NCBI GenBank assembly: GCA_963730285.1
Contig: CAVSQY010000008.1
Location: forward strand, 265,987-329,986
DNA length: 64,000 nt
Direction: 5' to 3'
Source of the DNA: an uncultured Actinomycetes bacterium
Lineage (GTDB): Bacteria > Actinomycetota > Acidimicrobiia > Spongiisociales > ZC4RG35
Part shown: positions 49,687 through 59,280 of the stretch, in pieces
How the letters are laid out: each line of letters opens with the position of its first letter
How positions within the stretch are numbered: the stretch's first letter is position 1
Program-made: the position numbers and the translations under genes
The notes under the pieces: generated by a model
Database searches by the model: none
Told to the model about the DNA's origin: nothing
What the model saw: only the letters and a program-made list of their open reading frames with translations

Positions 49687-51201
49687 TCAGCCGAATTCGA
49701 TTCCCTGGGCGAGCGGGAGATCGTCTCCCCAGTTGATCGTCGTCGTCTGCCGACGCATATAGGCCTTCCAGGCGTCGGAGCCGGCCTCACGGCCTCCCCC
49801 CGTCTCCTTCTCGCCACCGAATGCGCCGCCGATCTCGGCACCGGACGTGCCGATGTTCACGTTGGCTATGCCACAGTCGGACCCCGTGTCACTCAGGAAC
49901 CGCTCGGCGTTCTTGAGGGACTCGGTGAAGATGGCCGAAGAGAGGCCCTGGGTCACTCCGTTCTGGATGGCGATGGCCTCTTCCAGGCTGTCGAATTCGA
50001 TGACCCAGAGGATCGGCGCAAAAGTCTCCTGTTGGGTGATCGAGGCCTCTTTGGGAACCACGGCGATGGTCGGCTCGACGAAGAAGCCGTCTCGATCGAC
50101 TCGCTGGCCACCGGTCACGATCCTTGCCCCCTGTTCCCGGGCCAAGTCGAGAGCCGCCATCATCTGATCGACCGCTTTCTCTCCTGCCAGCGGCCCCATC
50201 AGTGTCCCGGCCTCGAGCGGATCACCCACCTTGACCTGGCGATATGCCTCGACGAGCCGGCTGATCAACTTGTCGGCTACGGCCTTGTGCACCAACAGGC
50301 GGCGCAAGGAAGTGCAACGCTGGCCGGCGGTGCCTACCGCCGAGAACACCGTGGCCCGAACGGCCAGCTCGAGGTCGGCATCGTCCATCACGATGACGGC
50401 GTTGTTCCCCCCCAACTCGAGGATGGTCCGACCCATTCTCTGGGCGACCGCGGGGCCGACGATCCGGCCCATGTTGCAGGACCCCGTCGCCGAGATGAGA
50501 GGAAGCCTCGTGTCCTGGTTCATTCGGGTGCCAACCGTGGCGCCATCACCGACGACGAGGTTGAAGACCCCCTCGAAACCACTACCGGCCATCACATCGC
50601 TGGCGATCTTGGTGACGGCGATGGCGGTGAGAGGGGTCCGTTCCGAGGGCTTCCACACGACCGTGTCCCCACACACTGCTGCGATCGCCGCGTTCCAGGA
50701 CCAAACCGCCACCGGGAAGTTGAAGGCCGAGATGACTCCAACCGGGCCCAAGGGGTGCCACTGCTCGTACATACGGTGGTTGGGCCGCTCCGAGGCCATC
50801 GTGTTGCCATACAGCTGACGGGACAACCCGACGGCGAAGTCGCAGATGTCGACCATCTCCTGGACCTCACCCACCCCCTCGGGGAGGATCTTCCCCACTT
50901 CGAGGGTCACCAGGGCACCCAGAGGCTCGATCTTGTCCCGAAGGGCGTCACCGAGCTTACGGATGTACTGGCCCCGCTGAGGCGCGGGAAGCGCTCTCCA
51001 TCTTTGGAAGGTCTCGACCGAGTTTGCAGCCACACGGTCGTAGTCGGCTACGGAAGCCATGGTGACCCTGCCCAGGTTGTCGCCGGTGGCCGGGTTCACC
51101 ACTTCGATTTCATCGCCGCCGGCGTCGAGCCACTCACCGGCATAGACCCCCGAGTTGACCCTGGACAGGCCCAACGCCTCAAAGACTTGTTGTTGGTTCA
51201 T
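49687..51201 (-). CDS. Aldehyde dehydrogenase, ALDH7/antiquitin-like (alpha-aminoadipic semialdehyde / piperideine-6-carboxylate dehydrogenase)
   Basis: ALDH catalytic Cys (GQRCTSLRR), Glu (LELGGNNA), NAD motif (FNFPVAVWSWNAAIAAVCGDTVVWKPSERTPL) and C-terminus TINWGDDLPLAQGIEFG characteristic of ALDH7. Confidence 0.85.
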   Translation of the reverse strand: MNQQQVFEALGLSRVNSGVYAGEWLDAGGDEIEVVNPATGDNLGRVTMASVADYDRVAANSVETFQRWRALPAPQRGQYIRKLGDALRDKIEPLGALVTLEVGKILPEGVGEVQEMVDICDFAVGLSRQLYGNTMASERPNHRMYEQWHPLGPVGVISAFNFPVAVWSWNAAIAAVCGDTVVWKPSERTPLTAIAVTKIASDVMAGSGFEGVFNLVVGDGATVGTRMNQDTRLPLISATGSCNMGRIVGPAVAQRMGRTILELGGNNAVIVMDDADLELAVRATVFSAVGTAGQRCTSLRRLLVHKAVADKLISRLVEAYRQVKVGDPLEAGTLMGPLAGEKAVDQMMAALDLAREQGARIVTGGQRVDRDGFFVEPTIAVVPKEASITQQETFAPILWVIEFDSLEEAIAIQNGVTQGLSSAIFTESLKNAERFLSDTGSDCGIANVNIGTSGAEIGGAFGGEKETGGGREAGSDAWKAYMRRQTTTINWGDDLPLAQGIEFG

Positions 51202-51578
51202 CGCGCCGCCACCACCTCTATCTCGACGAGAAACCCACCGGGCAATGCCCCCGCCTGAAAGGCAGAGCGCGCCGGTGGGGCACCCTTGAAGCAGCCGCCA
51301 TAGATCTCGTTGACCTTCGGGTAGTCGGCCATGTCGGAGAGGAAGATCGTCGTCTTCACGATGTCGTCATAGCCCAGGCCGACGTCGTCGAGCGTGGCAC
51401 CGATGTTGTCCATCACCTGACGAGCCTGGACCTCGATGTCGTCCGGGCGCCGGTCCCCCGTGACCGGGTCGATCGCCACCTGCCCGCTCAGGAAGACCAG
51501 GCCAGCGGCCTCGGTGACCAGGGAATATGGGCCTATCGCACTCGGTGCAGACGGCGTCTCGGGTACGGTCTTGGGCAA
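51198..51578 (-). CDS. RidA family protein (YjgF/enamine-imine deaminase)
   Basis: 126 aa, RidA motifs (AIGPYS, VKTTIFL, ARSAFQAGALPGGFLVEIE); ATGA overlap with the ALDH start. Confidence 0.88.
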   Translation of the reverse strand: MPKTVPETPSAPSAIGPYSLVTEAAGLVFLSGQVAIDPVTGDRRPDDIEVQARQVMDNIGATLDDVGLGYDDIVKTTIFLSDMADYPKVNEIYGGCFKGAPPARSAFQAGALPGGFLVEIEVVAAR

Positions 51579-51618
51579 TTCGGGGCTCCTCTCGGCAACA
51601 GGTTGAGAGTACCCGAGA

Positions 51619-52772
51619 TCAGCTCCTGACCCAGATCCCGATGGACGCAGGTCGCATCGTCTCGGTCACAGCTGTGACCCACTCATCGGCGAGACCGTTG
51701 AGGTCAGTCCGATCCTTGAGTGAGGCGACGAAGCCGTCCACCACTCGCTCGGCGTCATAACGCGTTCGGTAGAACTTTCGGTCGACCCAATGCAACAACC
51801 GGCGACGGACCGGGTTGAAGAGGGCTGCGACAGCCAATGTGGAACCGGCCACGAACAGAGGTGACTCGCCGCCGAGCCGCGTGGGCAGCCAGGCCGCCCC
51901 AGCCGCGTAGACCACCACCAGGAGCCCGATCACCAGCACATATCCGACGGTGCGGGAGATGATCCGATCGATCTCGAACAATCGATAGCGAAACACTGCG
52001 ACGGCGATGGCCAGCGGGACCATGAGGGTGGCGGCTCCAAATAAGCGTTGGCGGCGAACCCGACCACCGATAGGGCTCCTGAGGGCGAATCGGGGAGATT
52101 GCCCGAGATCGTGTACCCGACGACGAAGATCGCAACGGTCGACAGGAGCCACTTCAACTGATGACGCTTGATTGTGTCCCCCCTCCGGTAACGCAGGATC
52201 AGCGCCGCCACACCCGAGACGCTGAGGAGGACCAGCGCCGGCGTCCATAGGATTTCGAACCAGGGCCCAAAGACGTCCTCGCCCAGGAATCCGATCGGGT
52301 TTGCGACCGTCCAATTGGCATCGAGCGGGCCAACTCGCTCGGAGAATGCCCCGAAAAAGAGCATGAAGGCCATCATCGCCACCTCCAGGGCGACCAGCAC
52401 TCGCCAACGTCGGCTGAGGAGCCTGCCGTCCGGGAACACCATGAAGAGCAGGAAGAGCGGGTAGATGAAGTAGATCCGAACTCACGGACGACGCGGCGAT
52501 GATCGCCACCTGTGGCCAGAACCCGTGCACCGGAGGCGTCCAACTGGCTAGGGTAAGGGTAACCAGGACCGATCATCGCTGCGAGAGAGAGCGAGGGCGG
52601 TGCCGATGATCAGGAGCAGCCAACCCACGGAGTTTCGCGGATGTCGGTTGAGGATCGCAGCCGCCGTAATCGCGTGATGCCGGAACAGCGACAGGGCGAA
52701 TGAGGGGGTCGGAACCCAGGGCAGTGTCGGTGTTGGCGACAATAAGACACCAGGGGCCAACACGGTCGCCAC
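51619..52772 (-). pseudogene. Disrupted paralog of the 18913-20148 membrane sensor-module gene (at least two frameshifts)
   Basis: Homologous segments lie in three different minus-strand frames: 52548-52772 (N-terminus, SVGWLLLIIGTALA), 51930-52442 (middle, [19 protein letters not shown]...LRYRRGDTIKRHQLKWLL), 51619-~52100 (C-terminus, FRYRLFEIDRIISRTVGYVL...FNPVRRRLLHWVDRKFYRTRYD...IGIWVRS). Confidence 0.7.
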
Positions 52773-52886
52773 CGCGATCGACCATGCGAACCCCAGATAG
52801 CAGTCGGGCCCACTTCATCACATGATGATCAGGGCTCTACCGTTACGAGTCAGTTACGAGGTCGGCCGGACGAGCCGAGGCTATCT

Positions 52887-53249
52887 CTAGGAGAAGGAGT
52901 TCCCACAACCGCAGGTGCGGGTCACGTTGGGATTCTCGATGGCAAAACCGGCGCCCATGAGTCCGTCCTTGTAATCCAAGGTGGAGCCTTTGACCATCTC
53001 GGCACTCTGGGGGTCGACGACCACTCGTATATCCCCGAACTGCTCGACGATGTCGTCGTCGTCGATCTGGCTGTCGAAGTACATCTCGTAGGAGAAACCA
53101 CTGCACCCGCCTGGCCGAACCGCCATGCGCAACGCCAAACCGGGCTCATCCTCGGACGCGATCAACTGACCGATCTTCTCCACGGCGAAGTCAGTGACCT
53201 TGACCGTCTTGTCGGGCCTGTTGGACTTGATGCTTAGGATCTGTGTCAT
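52887..53249 (-). CDS. erpA: A-type iron-sulfur cluster carrier (ErpA/IscA/HesB family)
   Basis: 120 aa with conserved Cys (GGCSGF ... CGCGNSF) at the C-terminus. Confidence 0.88.
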   Translation of the reverse strand: MTQILSIKSNRPDKTVKVTDFAVEKIGQLIASEDEPGLALRMAVRPGGCSGFSYEMYFDSQIDDDDIVEQFGDIRVVVDPQSAEMVKGSTLDYKDGLMGAGFAIENPNVTRTCGCGNSFS

Positions 53250-53333
53250 CTCTCTGACCTTATTGCCTGTTCGGACATTGTAACCGCGATCTAGGGGGCG
53301 ACCATTCCCACTACATCAGTAGTGGAAATTACC

Positions 53334-54485
53334 ATGAGAGCCGAGATGGTCACCCGTGAAGACGTCCTCCACACCCTCGAGGGTGTCCGTGACCCCGAGT
53401 TGGGCGGCAATGTCGTCGAGCTCGGGATGATCAGCGACGTCACCATCGACGGGTCGACCGTTGACATCGGTCTCGCCCTCACCATCGCCGAATGTCCGAT
53501 GCGCAACCAGATCGAGAACGACACGTTGAGGCGGGTCGAATCGATGCCGGGCGTCGACCAGGTGAATGTGCGGACAACCGCGATGACCAAGAAGCAGCGC
53601 GCCGAGCTGATGTCCGTGGCCCGGAGCCGTGCCCGGGAGAACGCCGAGCCGACCCAGGTCTCGCCTACCACCCGGGTGATCGCGGTCAGCTCCGGGAAGG
53701 GCGGGGTCGGAAAGTCGTCGGTCTCGGTCAACCTGGCCGTATGCCTGGCCCAGGAGGGATTTCGGGTCGGGCTGCTCGACGCCGACATTTGGGGCTTCTC
53801 CACCCCGAGGATGCTGGGTGTCGAGGGTCGCCTGGAAGCCAGCGAGGAGACCAAGCTCATCAAACCGGTGGTCGCCCAGGGTGTCAAGCTCGTGTCCACC
53901 GGCCTGATCATCGAGTCTGAGGAGACCGCTCTGATGTGGCGGGGGCTGATGCTGTCCAAGGCAGTCGAGCAGTTCCTCAAACAGGTCGAGTGGGGTGAGC
54001 TGGACTACTTGGTGATCGACATGCCACCTGGCACCGGTGACATCCAGATGGCCCTGACCAGGCTGCTTCCCCAGGCGGAGATGGTGGTGGTGACCACACC
54101 ACAGAGGGCGGCACAGAAGGTTGCGGTGCGCGTCGCCGATATGGCCCGTCGCTCGCACATGCCGATCGTCGGGGTCATCGAGAACATGGCCGGCCTGGCC
54201 TGCGAATGCGGGCGAGTCCACTCGGTGTTCGGCCAGGGCGGAGGTCAGGAGCTGGCCGAAGACCTGGGGGTGCCACTGATTGCATCGATACCGCTCGACA
54301 CACACGTGGTTCCCGGCGGTGACTCGGGACGGCCCGTGGTGACCTCGGCACCTGAATCACCCGCCGCGGTTGCCTTACGCGCCGCCTCGGATCAGATCAT
54401 CAAGCTGGTCCCGCCAGCTGACATGGAGACCTGCACGGGCCGTATCGCCAAGCTCCTGGTGGAACTCGAGGAGATCCCGGCATAG
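53334..54485 (+). CDS. Mrp/ApbC/NBP35 family Fe-S cluster carrier ATPase with N-terminal DUF59 (MIP18-like) domain
   Basis: DUF59 (VLHTLEGVRDPELGGNVVELGMI), deviant Walker A (SGKGGVGKSSVS), CxxC (LACECG); the track start at 53322 is GTG, first ATG at 53334. Confidence 0.9.
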   Translation: MRAEMVTREDVLHTLEGVRDPELGGNVVELGMISDVTIDGSTVDIGLALTIAECPMRNQIENDTLRRVESMPGVDQVNVRTTAMTKKQRAELMSVARSRARENAEPTQVSPTTRVIAVSSGKGGVGKSSVSVNLAVCLAQEGFRVGLLDADIWGFSTPRMLGVEGRLEASEETKLIKPVVAQGVKLVSTGLIIESEETALMWRGLMLSKAVEQFLKQVEWGELDYLVIDMPPGTGDIQMALTRLLPQAEMVVVTTPQRAAQKVAVRVADMARRSHMPIVGVIENMAGLACECGRVHSVFGQGGGQELAEDLGVPLIASIPLDTHVVPGGDSGRPVVTSAPESPAAVALRAASDQIIKLVPPADMETCTGRIAKLLVELEEIPA

Positions 54486-54498
54486 ATTTCGTTGGTGC

Positions 54499-54526
54499 AC
54501 CGGACCGGCCGATAACCCCCGGTCCG
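54499..54526. terminator. Bidirectional hairpin terminator between convergent mrp and RDD genes
   Basis: CCGGACCGG-ccgataaccc-CCGGTCCGG, perfect 9-bp GC stem. Confidence 0.5.
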
Positions 54527-54542
54527 GTTCACTCGAGAGCTA

Positions 54543-55055
54543 TCAGGCGGCTGGCTTGGGTGGCATCCAGAGATCGACTGAGAAAGGCTTCTTCTCGATC
54601 CCCTCGACCACGTAGGTGCCCATCACCTTGTCCGCAATCGTTTGACGCTGCGCATCGACGATTGGCAGTAGCCATCCGAGGCCGCACACGATCCCGTCTA
54701 TCAGGTGGGCCACCTTGCGCGCCATGCCCGACCCCGAGCCAATCAGCTCACCCGTGGCATTGACGACGCGTGTCCCCATCATCGCCTTGCCCGGAGTCTG
54801 CCCGGTGACACCGTCCAGATGACCCAGATAGAGCCAGTAGGCAATGCCGAGCACGCCGAACAGCGACGAGACGACCACGCTTCGAAACAAGAGAGCCTCG
54901 ACTATGAGGACGGGCAGATAATCGATCAGCCATCCGAGGGCGCGGGTTCCCCACGATGCAAGGTTGGCCGGGGTGGATACCGGCTGGTTCTCGGGGAACT
55001 CCGGTGGTGGAGTGGTCAAGGTCTCGTTCCTCCTAGTGTGTTGCTGGTCTCGCAT
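54543..55055 (-). CDS. RDD family membrane protein
   Basis: RDD-like motif (WGTRALGWLIDYL), three TM segments, Pro-rich N-terminus. Confidence 0.75.
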   Translation of the reverse strand: MRDQQHTRRNETLTTPPPEFPENQPVSTPANLASWGTRALGWLIDYLPVLIVEALLFRSVVVSSLFGVLGIAYWLYLGHLDGVTGQTPGKAMMGTRVVNATGELIGSGSGMARKVAHLIDGIVCGLGWLLPIVDAQRQTIADKVMGTYVVEGIEKKPFSVDLWMPPKPAA

Positions 55056-55248
55056 TGAAGCATCGTCGGTTTCGGGATGGCGACCAAACTCCTTCGTTTT
55101 CGGGCCTCATTCTCGAATATGACCCCGACGGCGGGGCACTAGTCACAATGGACTTCTCACTAAGGGTCCTTTAATGACCACTCTCGGTGGTCGAAGATGG
55201 ACAGGAACGTGCCAAAGCGTGGGGGCTTAGGGGAGCGGAGGCCAGACC

Positions 55249-55281
55249 GAAAGAGGACCTGCAAAGGTCCTCTTTCGTTTT
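55249..55281. terminator. Hairpin terminator 6 nt downstream of the M23 peptidase stop (U-tract on the plus-strand side)
   Basis: GAAAGAGGACC-tgcaaa-GGTCCTCTTTC, perfect 11-bp stem, then GTTTTG on the plus strand; preceded by AAAAC on the minus strand. Confidence 0.6.
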
Positions 55282-55282
55282 G

Positions 55283-56473
55283 TCAGCCGCAGATCGACTT
55301 GACCAGGGGATAGGGATCGACCGCCGAGCCACCATGCGGGTGATACTCGAAATGGAGATGCGGTAAGTAGTCCGGAGCATTGCCGGAGCTCCCGACAGAG
55401 CCGATCACCTGCCCGGCAGAGACACTCTGGCCAACTGAGATGTCGGCATAGCTCTCGAGATGGGCATAGAAGAACTGATCGCCATTGTTCGCCTTCAGCC
55501 AGATGGCGAGGCCGCTGAGGCTGCCAGTGGTCAATCGGCGGATCGTCCCGTCGAATATCGCCACCAAAGGGGTGTTGCGGGCAGCGATCATGTCCACACC
55601 CTCGTGCCGGCGCCCACCTGATCTGGGCGCGCCCCAAGTGTCAGTGAACGAAACGGCACCGGCCACCGGGCATGCTCCACCGCTCGAAGGTGGTGGCGTG
55701 GCAGTGGCGGGGACCGTCGTCGTGGTGGCCACCGGCGCAGTTCCTTCGCTCCCCTGGCTCCCAGACGTGGTTGTGACCGGTTTTGTCGTCGTTGTCGTGG
55801 CGTTGCGCGCCGCTTCCTCCGCAGCCTTCCTGGCGGCTTCCTCGGCCGCTTTTCGGGCCGCCTCTTCCTCGGCCTGTCGTTGCACGAGACTGTCGTACAC
55901 GACCTGAGCCTCCACTAGGCGGTCCTGCAGCTGGCCGGCCTTGTGCTCCAGGTCGGCGGTCACCGCCGCCTGCTCGGTCGACGTCTCCGCAAGTCGGGTC
56001 GTTTGACGATCGAGCTCGGTGCGCAGGGACTTCAGCTGGTTGATGACGTCGAGCTGTGACCCGTTGACCTGATCCAGGTACTGCCGGCTCGCCTCGAATC
56101 CCTCACTGCTGGCGTTGAACAAGATCTGAAGGTTGGCGCTGCTGGTAGAGCCCATGTACATCTCAACGGCCACCTCCTCCAATCGATGCTCGGTGTCGAC
56201 GATCTTGACCTCAGCGATGTCGATCGATGAGTTGAGATCGGCGATTTCGGTCTCCAGGGCGAATTGGCGTGACCATGCGGCCTGTACTTCGGCGCCGAGG
56301 GATTCGGAGTCGGCCAGGATCCGGTTGACCTCCGCGCGGGCGCGGGCAACGTCTTCGTCGGTGACTTCGGCCAGAGCAGGCAATGCAGCCAATGCCATGA
56401 CGAGGACGGCAGCGATGGTCCGTGTGAGGCGCTTCACGAGTTCAAGGGAGGGTGGCCGCGAGATCACGGCCAT
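55283..56473 (-). CDS. M23 family metallopeptidase with N-terminal coiled-coil and Ala/Glu-rich repeat (EnvC/RipA-like architecture)
   Basis: Signal or anchor sequence, long coiled-coil, repeats [22 protein letters not shown], Thr/Pro linker, M23 catalytic motifs (HEGVDM, HLHFEYH). Confidence 0.85.
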   Translation of the reverse strand: MAVISRPPSLELVKRLTRTIAAVLVMALAALPALAEVTDEDVARARAEVNRILADSESLGAEVQAAWSRQFALETEIADLNSSIDIAEVKIVDTEHRLEEVAVEMYMGSTSSANLQILFNASSEGFEASRQYLDQVNGSQLDVINQLKSLRTELDRQTTRLAETSTEQAAVTADLEHKAGQLQDRLVEAQVVYDSLVQRQAEEEAARKAAEEAARKAAEEAARNATTTTTKPVTTTSGSQGSEGTAPVATTTTVPATATPPPSSGGACPVAGAVSFTDTWGAPRSGGRRHEGVDMIAARNTPLVAIFDGTIRRLTTGSLSGLAIWLKANNGDQFFYAHLESYADISVGQSVSAGQVIGSVGSSGNAPDYLPHLHFEYHPHGGSAVDPYPLVKSICG

Positions 56474-57210
56474 CCCCAGGCTATCCGGCCCTGTTCAGCC
56501 AGCAAACCGGCGTGAGCGGTCACCGAGACCTCGGCGAGCTCGTGGAGAGCAGGGGAAACGTCCGAGTAGACGATCTCGACCACTTCCCGAACGGTGCGGG
56601 CGCCCCCGGATATTGCCTGATAGATCTCCTCGTGACGCTGGCGACGATGCTCCAGGTACCAGTCGATCACCGCATCGGGCTGATCCATCTCTTCCCCGTG
56701 GCCCGGCAAGAGCCGCTCCAGGCCGGTGTGTCTCAACTTCTGCAGCGAGTCCAGGTAGGGGCCCATCCGCTCGACCATTACAGACGAGCCCCCCATGATG
56801 TGATCTCCGGTGAAGACGACATTCGCCACCCGGAAACAGAGATGGTCGTCGGAGTGGCCCGGTGTGTGGAGAATCTGGAGACCCAGCGACCCCACCTCGA
56901 TCGAGTCGCCCTCCCCCACCCTCAGATCGGGATCGAATTCAGGCCCCGGGGCAAACCCGATGGCCGGGACCTCCAAGTGTCGAGCCAGGGGGTTGGCGAG
57001 TGGGGCATGATCCAAGTGGGTGTGGGTGACCAGGACGGCGACAGGTCTTCGCCCCTCGACCAGCCTGAGCAGCCCATCCTTGTGTGAGCTGTCCTTCGGG
57101 CCCGGGTCGATCACGACGACCGCCCCACTCCCATCATCGAGTAGCCAGGTGTTGGTGCCAGGGCCGGTGAAAGGGCCCGGGTTGTTGGCGAGTACGCGTT
57201 CGATCTTCAT
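56464..57210 (-). CDS. MBL-fold metallo-hydrolase
   Basis: HxHxDH motif (VTHTHLDHA), downstream His/Asp ligands ([15 protein letters not shown]). Confidence 0.85.
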   Translation of the reverse strand: MKIERVLANNPGPFTGPGTNTWLLDDGSGAVVVIDPGPKDSSHKDGLLRLVEGRRPVAVLVTHTHLDHAPLANPLARHLEVPAIGFAPGPEFDPDLRVGEGDSIEVGSLGLQILHTPGHSDDHLCFRVANVVFTGDHIMGGSSVMVERMGPYLDSLQKLRHTGLERLLPGHGEEMDQPDAVIDWYLEHRRQRHEEIYQAISGGARTVREVVEIVYSDVSPALHELAEVSVTAHAGLLAEQGRIAWGWP

Positions 57211-57926
57211 GGCCCGTCACCGGGGATGTGAACAGGCACGATGGACCCGTCACCCATGACTGTTGGCTTGACCAGGGAACGGCCATCGGCGCCGCGAGCC
57301 GAATTCAAGGCGTCCTGTATCCCTCGTCGTTGGGCAAGCCAGCGCAGATGAGCGACCGTGGGTGTGAACATTTGCAACTCGTCGTCCTCATACATGTCCA
57401 AGGCGGCGGCGGGCGCCAACCACATATGACCGACCAACTCGTCGCGGTCGATGCGCACTTCGGACGACCCGTCGCCATCGGCCAAGTAGAATCTGGTGTC
57501 GTAGCGTTTAGGGGCGAAGTCCGGTGTCACCCAACGCGAGATCATCACCAGAGAGCCACCATCCAGGATCAGGCCCGAATCGGCCAAAGCGGTCATCAAT
57601 GCCTGGCCTTTGGCGTCCGGCGCCGACTTAGGGCCGGAGGTGGTGAGGGCGATGCCGGTCTCCTCGGCCAGCTCGCGGAGCGCCGCAACGCGATAGACGT
57701 GGTCGGGTGTCGAGCCCGACACCACCGACCGAGCAAGCTCCGAGTCGTCCGAGTGGTCGACACCTCCCCCCGGGAAGGCGGTCAGGCTCCCGAAGAAGCC
57801 GCGGTCGGAGCGAGTGACCATCAGCACTTCCAGGCCAACGCGCTCGCGCAACAAGAGAACTGTGGCGGCGGGGCGAGGTTCGACCGGAGTCTGGGGCACC
57901 AACACATGGTATGACCTTCCTGGCAC
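57207..57926 (-). CDS. NUDIX hydrolase
   Basis: Nudix box GGGVDHSDDSELARSVVSGSTPDHVYRVAALRELAEETGI (Gx5Ex7REUxEExGU); ATGA overlap with the MBL gene. Confidence 0.8.
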   Translation of the reverse strand: MPGRSYHVLVPQTPVEPRPAATVLLLRERVGLEVLMVTRSDRGFFGSLTAFPGGGVDHSDDSELARSVVSGSTPDHVYRVAALRELAEETGIALTTSGPKSAPDAKGQALMTALADSGLILDGGSLVMISRWVTPDFAPKRYDTRFYLADGDGSSEVRIDRDELVGHMWLAPAAALDMYEDDELQMFTPTVAHLRWLAQRRGIQDALNSARGADGRSLVKPTVMGDGSIVPVHIPGDGP

Positions 57927-57936
57927 ACTTCATCTT

Positions 57937-59280
57937 GTGACAGATGCGAACCCATATCGCGACCTGCCTCGGGTCGAGCAGCTGGTGGCACGATTGGCAC
58001 AGCACGGATTGCCGCGGCGATTAGCGGTGGACACTGCCCGGACCGCCCTCGATCTGGCGCGCGCCGCCATCGCCGAGGGCGGGGGCCCAGACGTCGGGCA
58101 ACTCGCCGACGACCTGGCCATCTCGCTGAGGCGCACCTCCGTCACACCAGTCATCAACGCCAGCGGGGTGCTGCTCCACACCAATCTGGGTCGGGCAGTG
58201 CTCTGTCCCGAGGCAGTCGAGGCCGCGGCTGCGGCCGCCCGCTCATTCACCAACGTGGAGCTCGATCTCGACACCGGCGATCGGGGGAGCAGGGGCGCCT
58301 ACCTGCGGAGCCTCCTCACATCCTTGACCGGCGCCGAGGACGCGATGGTGGTGAACAACAACGCAGCAGCCATCTTGCTGACTTTGGCTGCACTTGCCCG
58401 GGGGCTCTCGGTTCCGGTGGCGAGGGGCGAGATGATCGAGATCGGCGGCTCCTATCGCCTCCCTTCGGTCATGGAGGCAGGTGGCGCACATCTGGTGGAG
58501 GTGGGCACCACCAACCGCACCAGGGTCGGCGACTTCACGACCGCTCTTCAAATCCATCGCTGCGGGGCCGTGCTGCGTGTCCACCCATCCAACTATCGGG
58601 TGGAAGGATTCGTCGAGGAGGTCCCGCTGGTCGACCTGGTCACCGTGACACACCGCGCCGGTCTGGCATTGATTCACGATGTCGGCTCGGGTCTCCTCGA
58701 TGCCGAAGCTCCTTGGCTTCCCCAACCGCGTTCGGATTGGCTGGCCGATGAGCCTGGAGTGAGGCAATCGATCGAAGCCGGTGCCGACTTGGTGACCTTC
58801 AGCGGCGACAAGCTGCTCGGCGGGCCGCAGGCCGGGATCATCGTCGGCAACCGGGAGGCCGTGAACCGCCTGCGGCGCGATCCCCTGGCCAGGGCGTTGC
58901 GGGTAGACGCTATCACCGACGCGGCCCTCGGCGCGACGTTGGCGGCCTACGCCGACGATCGGGTGACGGACATACCGTTCTGGCGTCACGTCAGCCTCGA
59001 TGGCGAAATCCTTGCCGCACGGGCGCGGGCTGTCGCATCCGCACTCGGGGGCGAGGTGAGAGACGGGACGACGGTGATTGGGGCCGGCAGTGTCCCGGGC
59101 AAGGGCATCGTCACACCCCAAGTGGTCCTGCCGGGCGAGGACCACCTTTTCCAACGTCTGCTCGGGTGGGAGCGCCCGATCTTGACCCGACGATTCGGAA
59201 AGGACCTGTGGATCGACCTTCGGGCCGTGGAGCCCGATGACGACCGCCAGATCGCGAGCGCGGTGGCCAGTTGCCGCTGA
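57937..59280 (+). CDS. selA: L-seryl-tRNA(Sec) selenium transferase (selenocysteine synthase)
   Basis: SelA signatures TNLGRA and PLP-lysine region DLVTFSGDKLLGGPQAGIIVG; GTG start at 57937 proposed because the track ORF upstream overlaps the divergent NUDIX gene. Confidence 0.85.
   Translation: MTDANPYRDLPRVEQLVARLAQHGLPRRLAVDTARTALDLARAAIAEGGGPDVGQLADDLAISLRRTSVTPVINASGVLLHTNLGRAVLCPEAVEAAAAAARSFTNVELDLDTGDRGSRGAYLRSLLTSLTGAEDAMVVNNNAAAILLTLAALARGLSVPVARGEMIEIGGSYRLPSVMEAGGAHLVEVGTTNRTRVGDFTTALQIHRCGAVLRVHPSNYRVEGFVEEVPLVDLVTVTHRAGLALIHDVGSGLLDAEAPWLPQPRSDWLADEPGVRQSIEAGADLVTFSGDKLLGGPQAGIIVGNREAVNRLRRDPLARALRVDAITDAALGATLAAYADDRVTDIPFWRHVSLDGEILAARARAVASALGGEVRDGTTVIGAGSVPGKGIVTPQVVLPGEDHLFQRLLGWERPILTRRFGKDLWIDLRAVEPDDDRQIASAVASCR

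Noticed and set aside
49675-51258. 527-aa plus-strand ORF antisense to the ALDH7 gene
   Set aside because: The ALDH gene has unambiguous catalytic motifs, and the antisense frame is compositionally artefactual.
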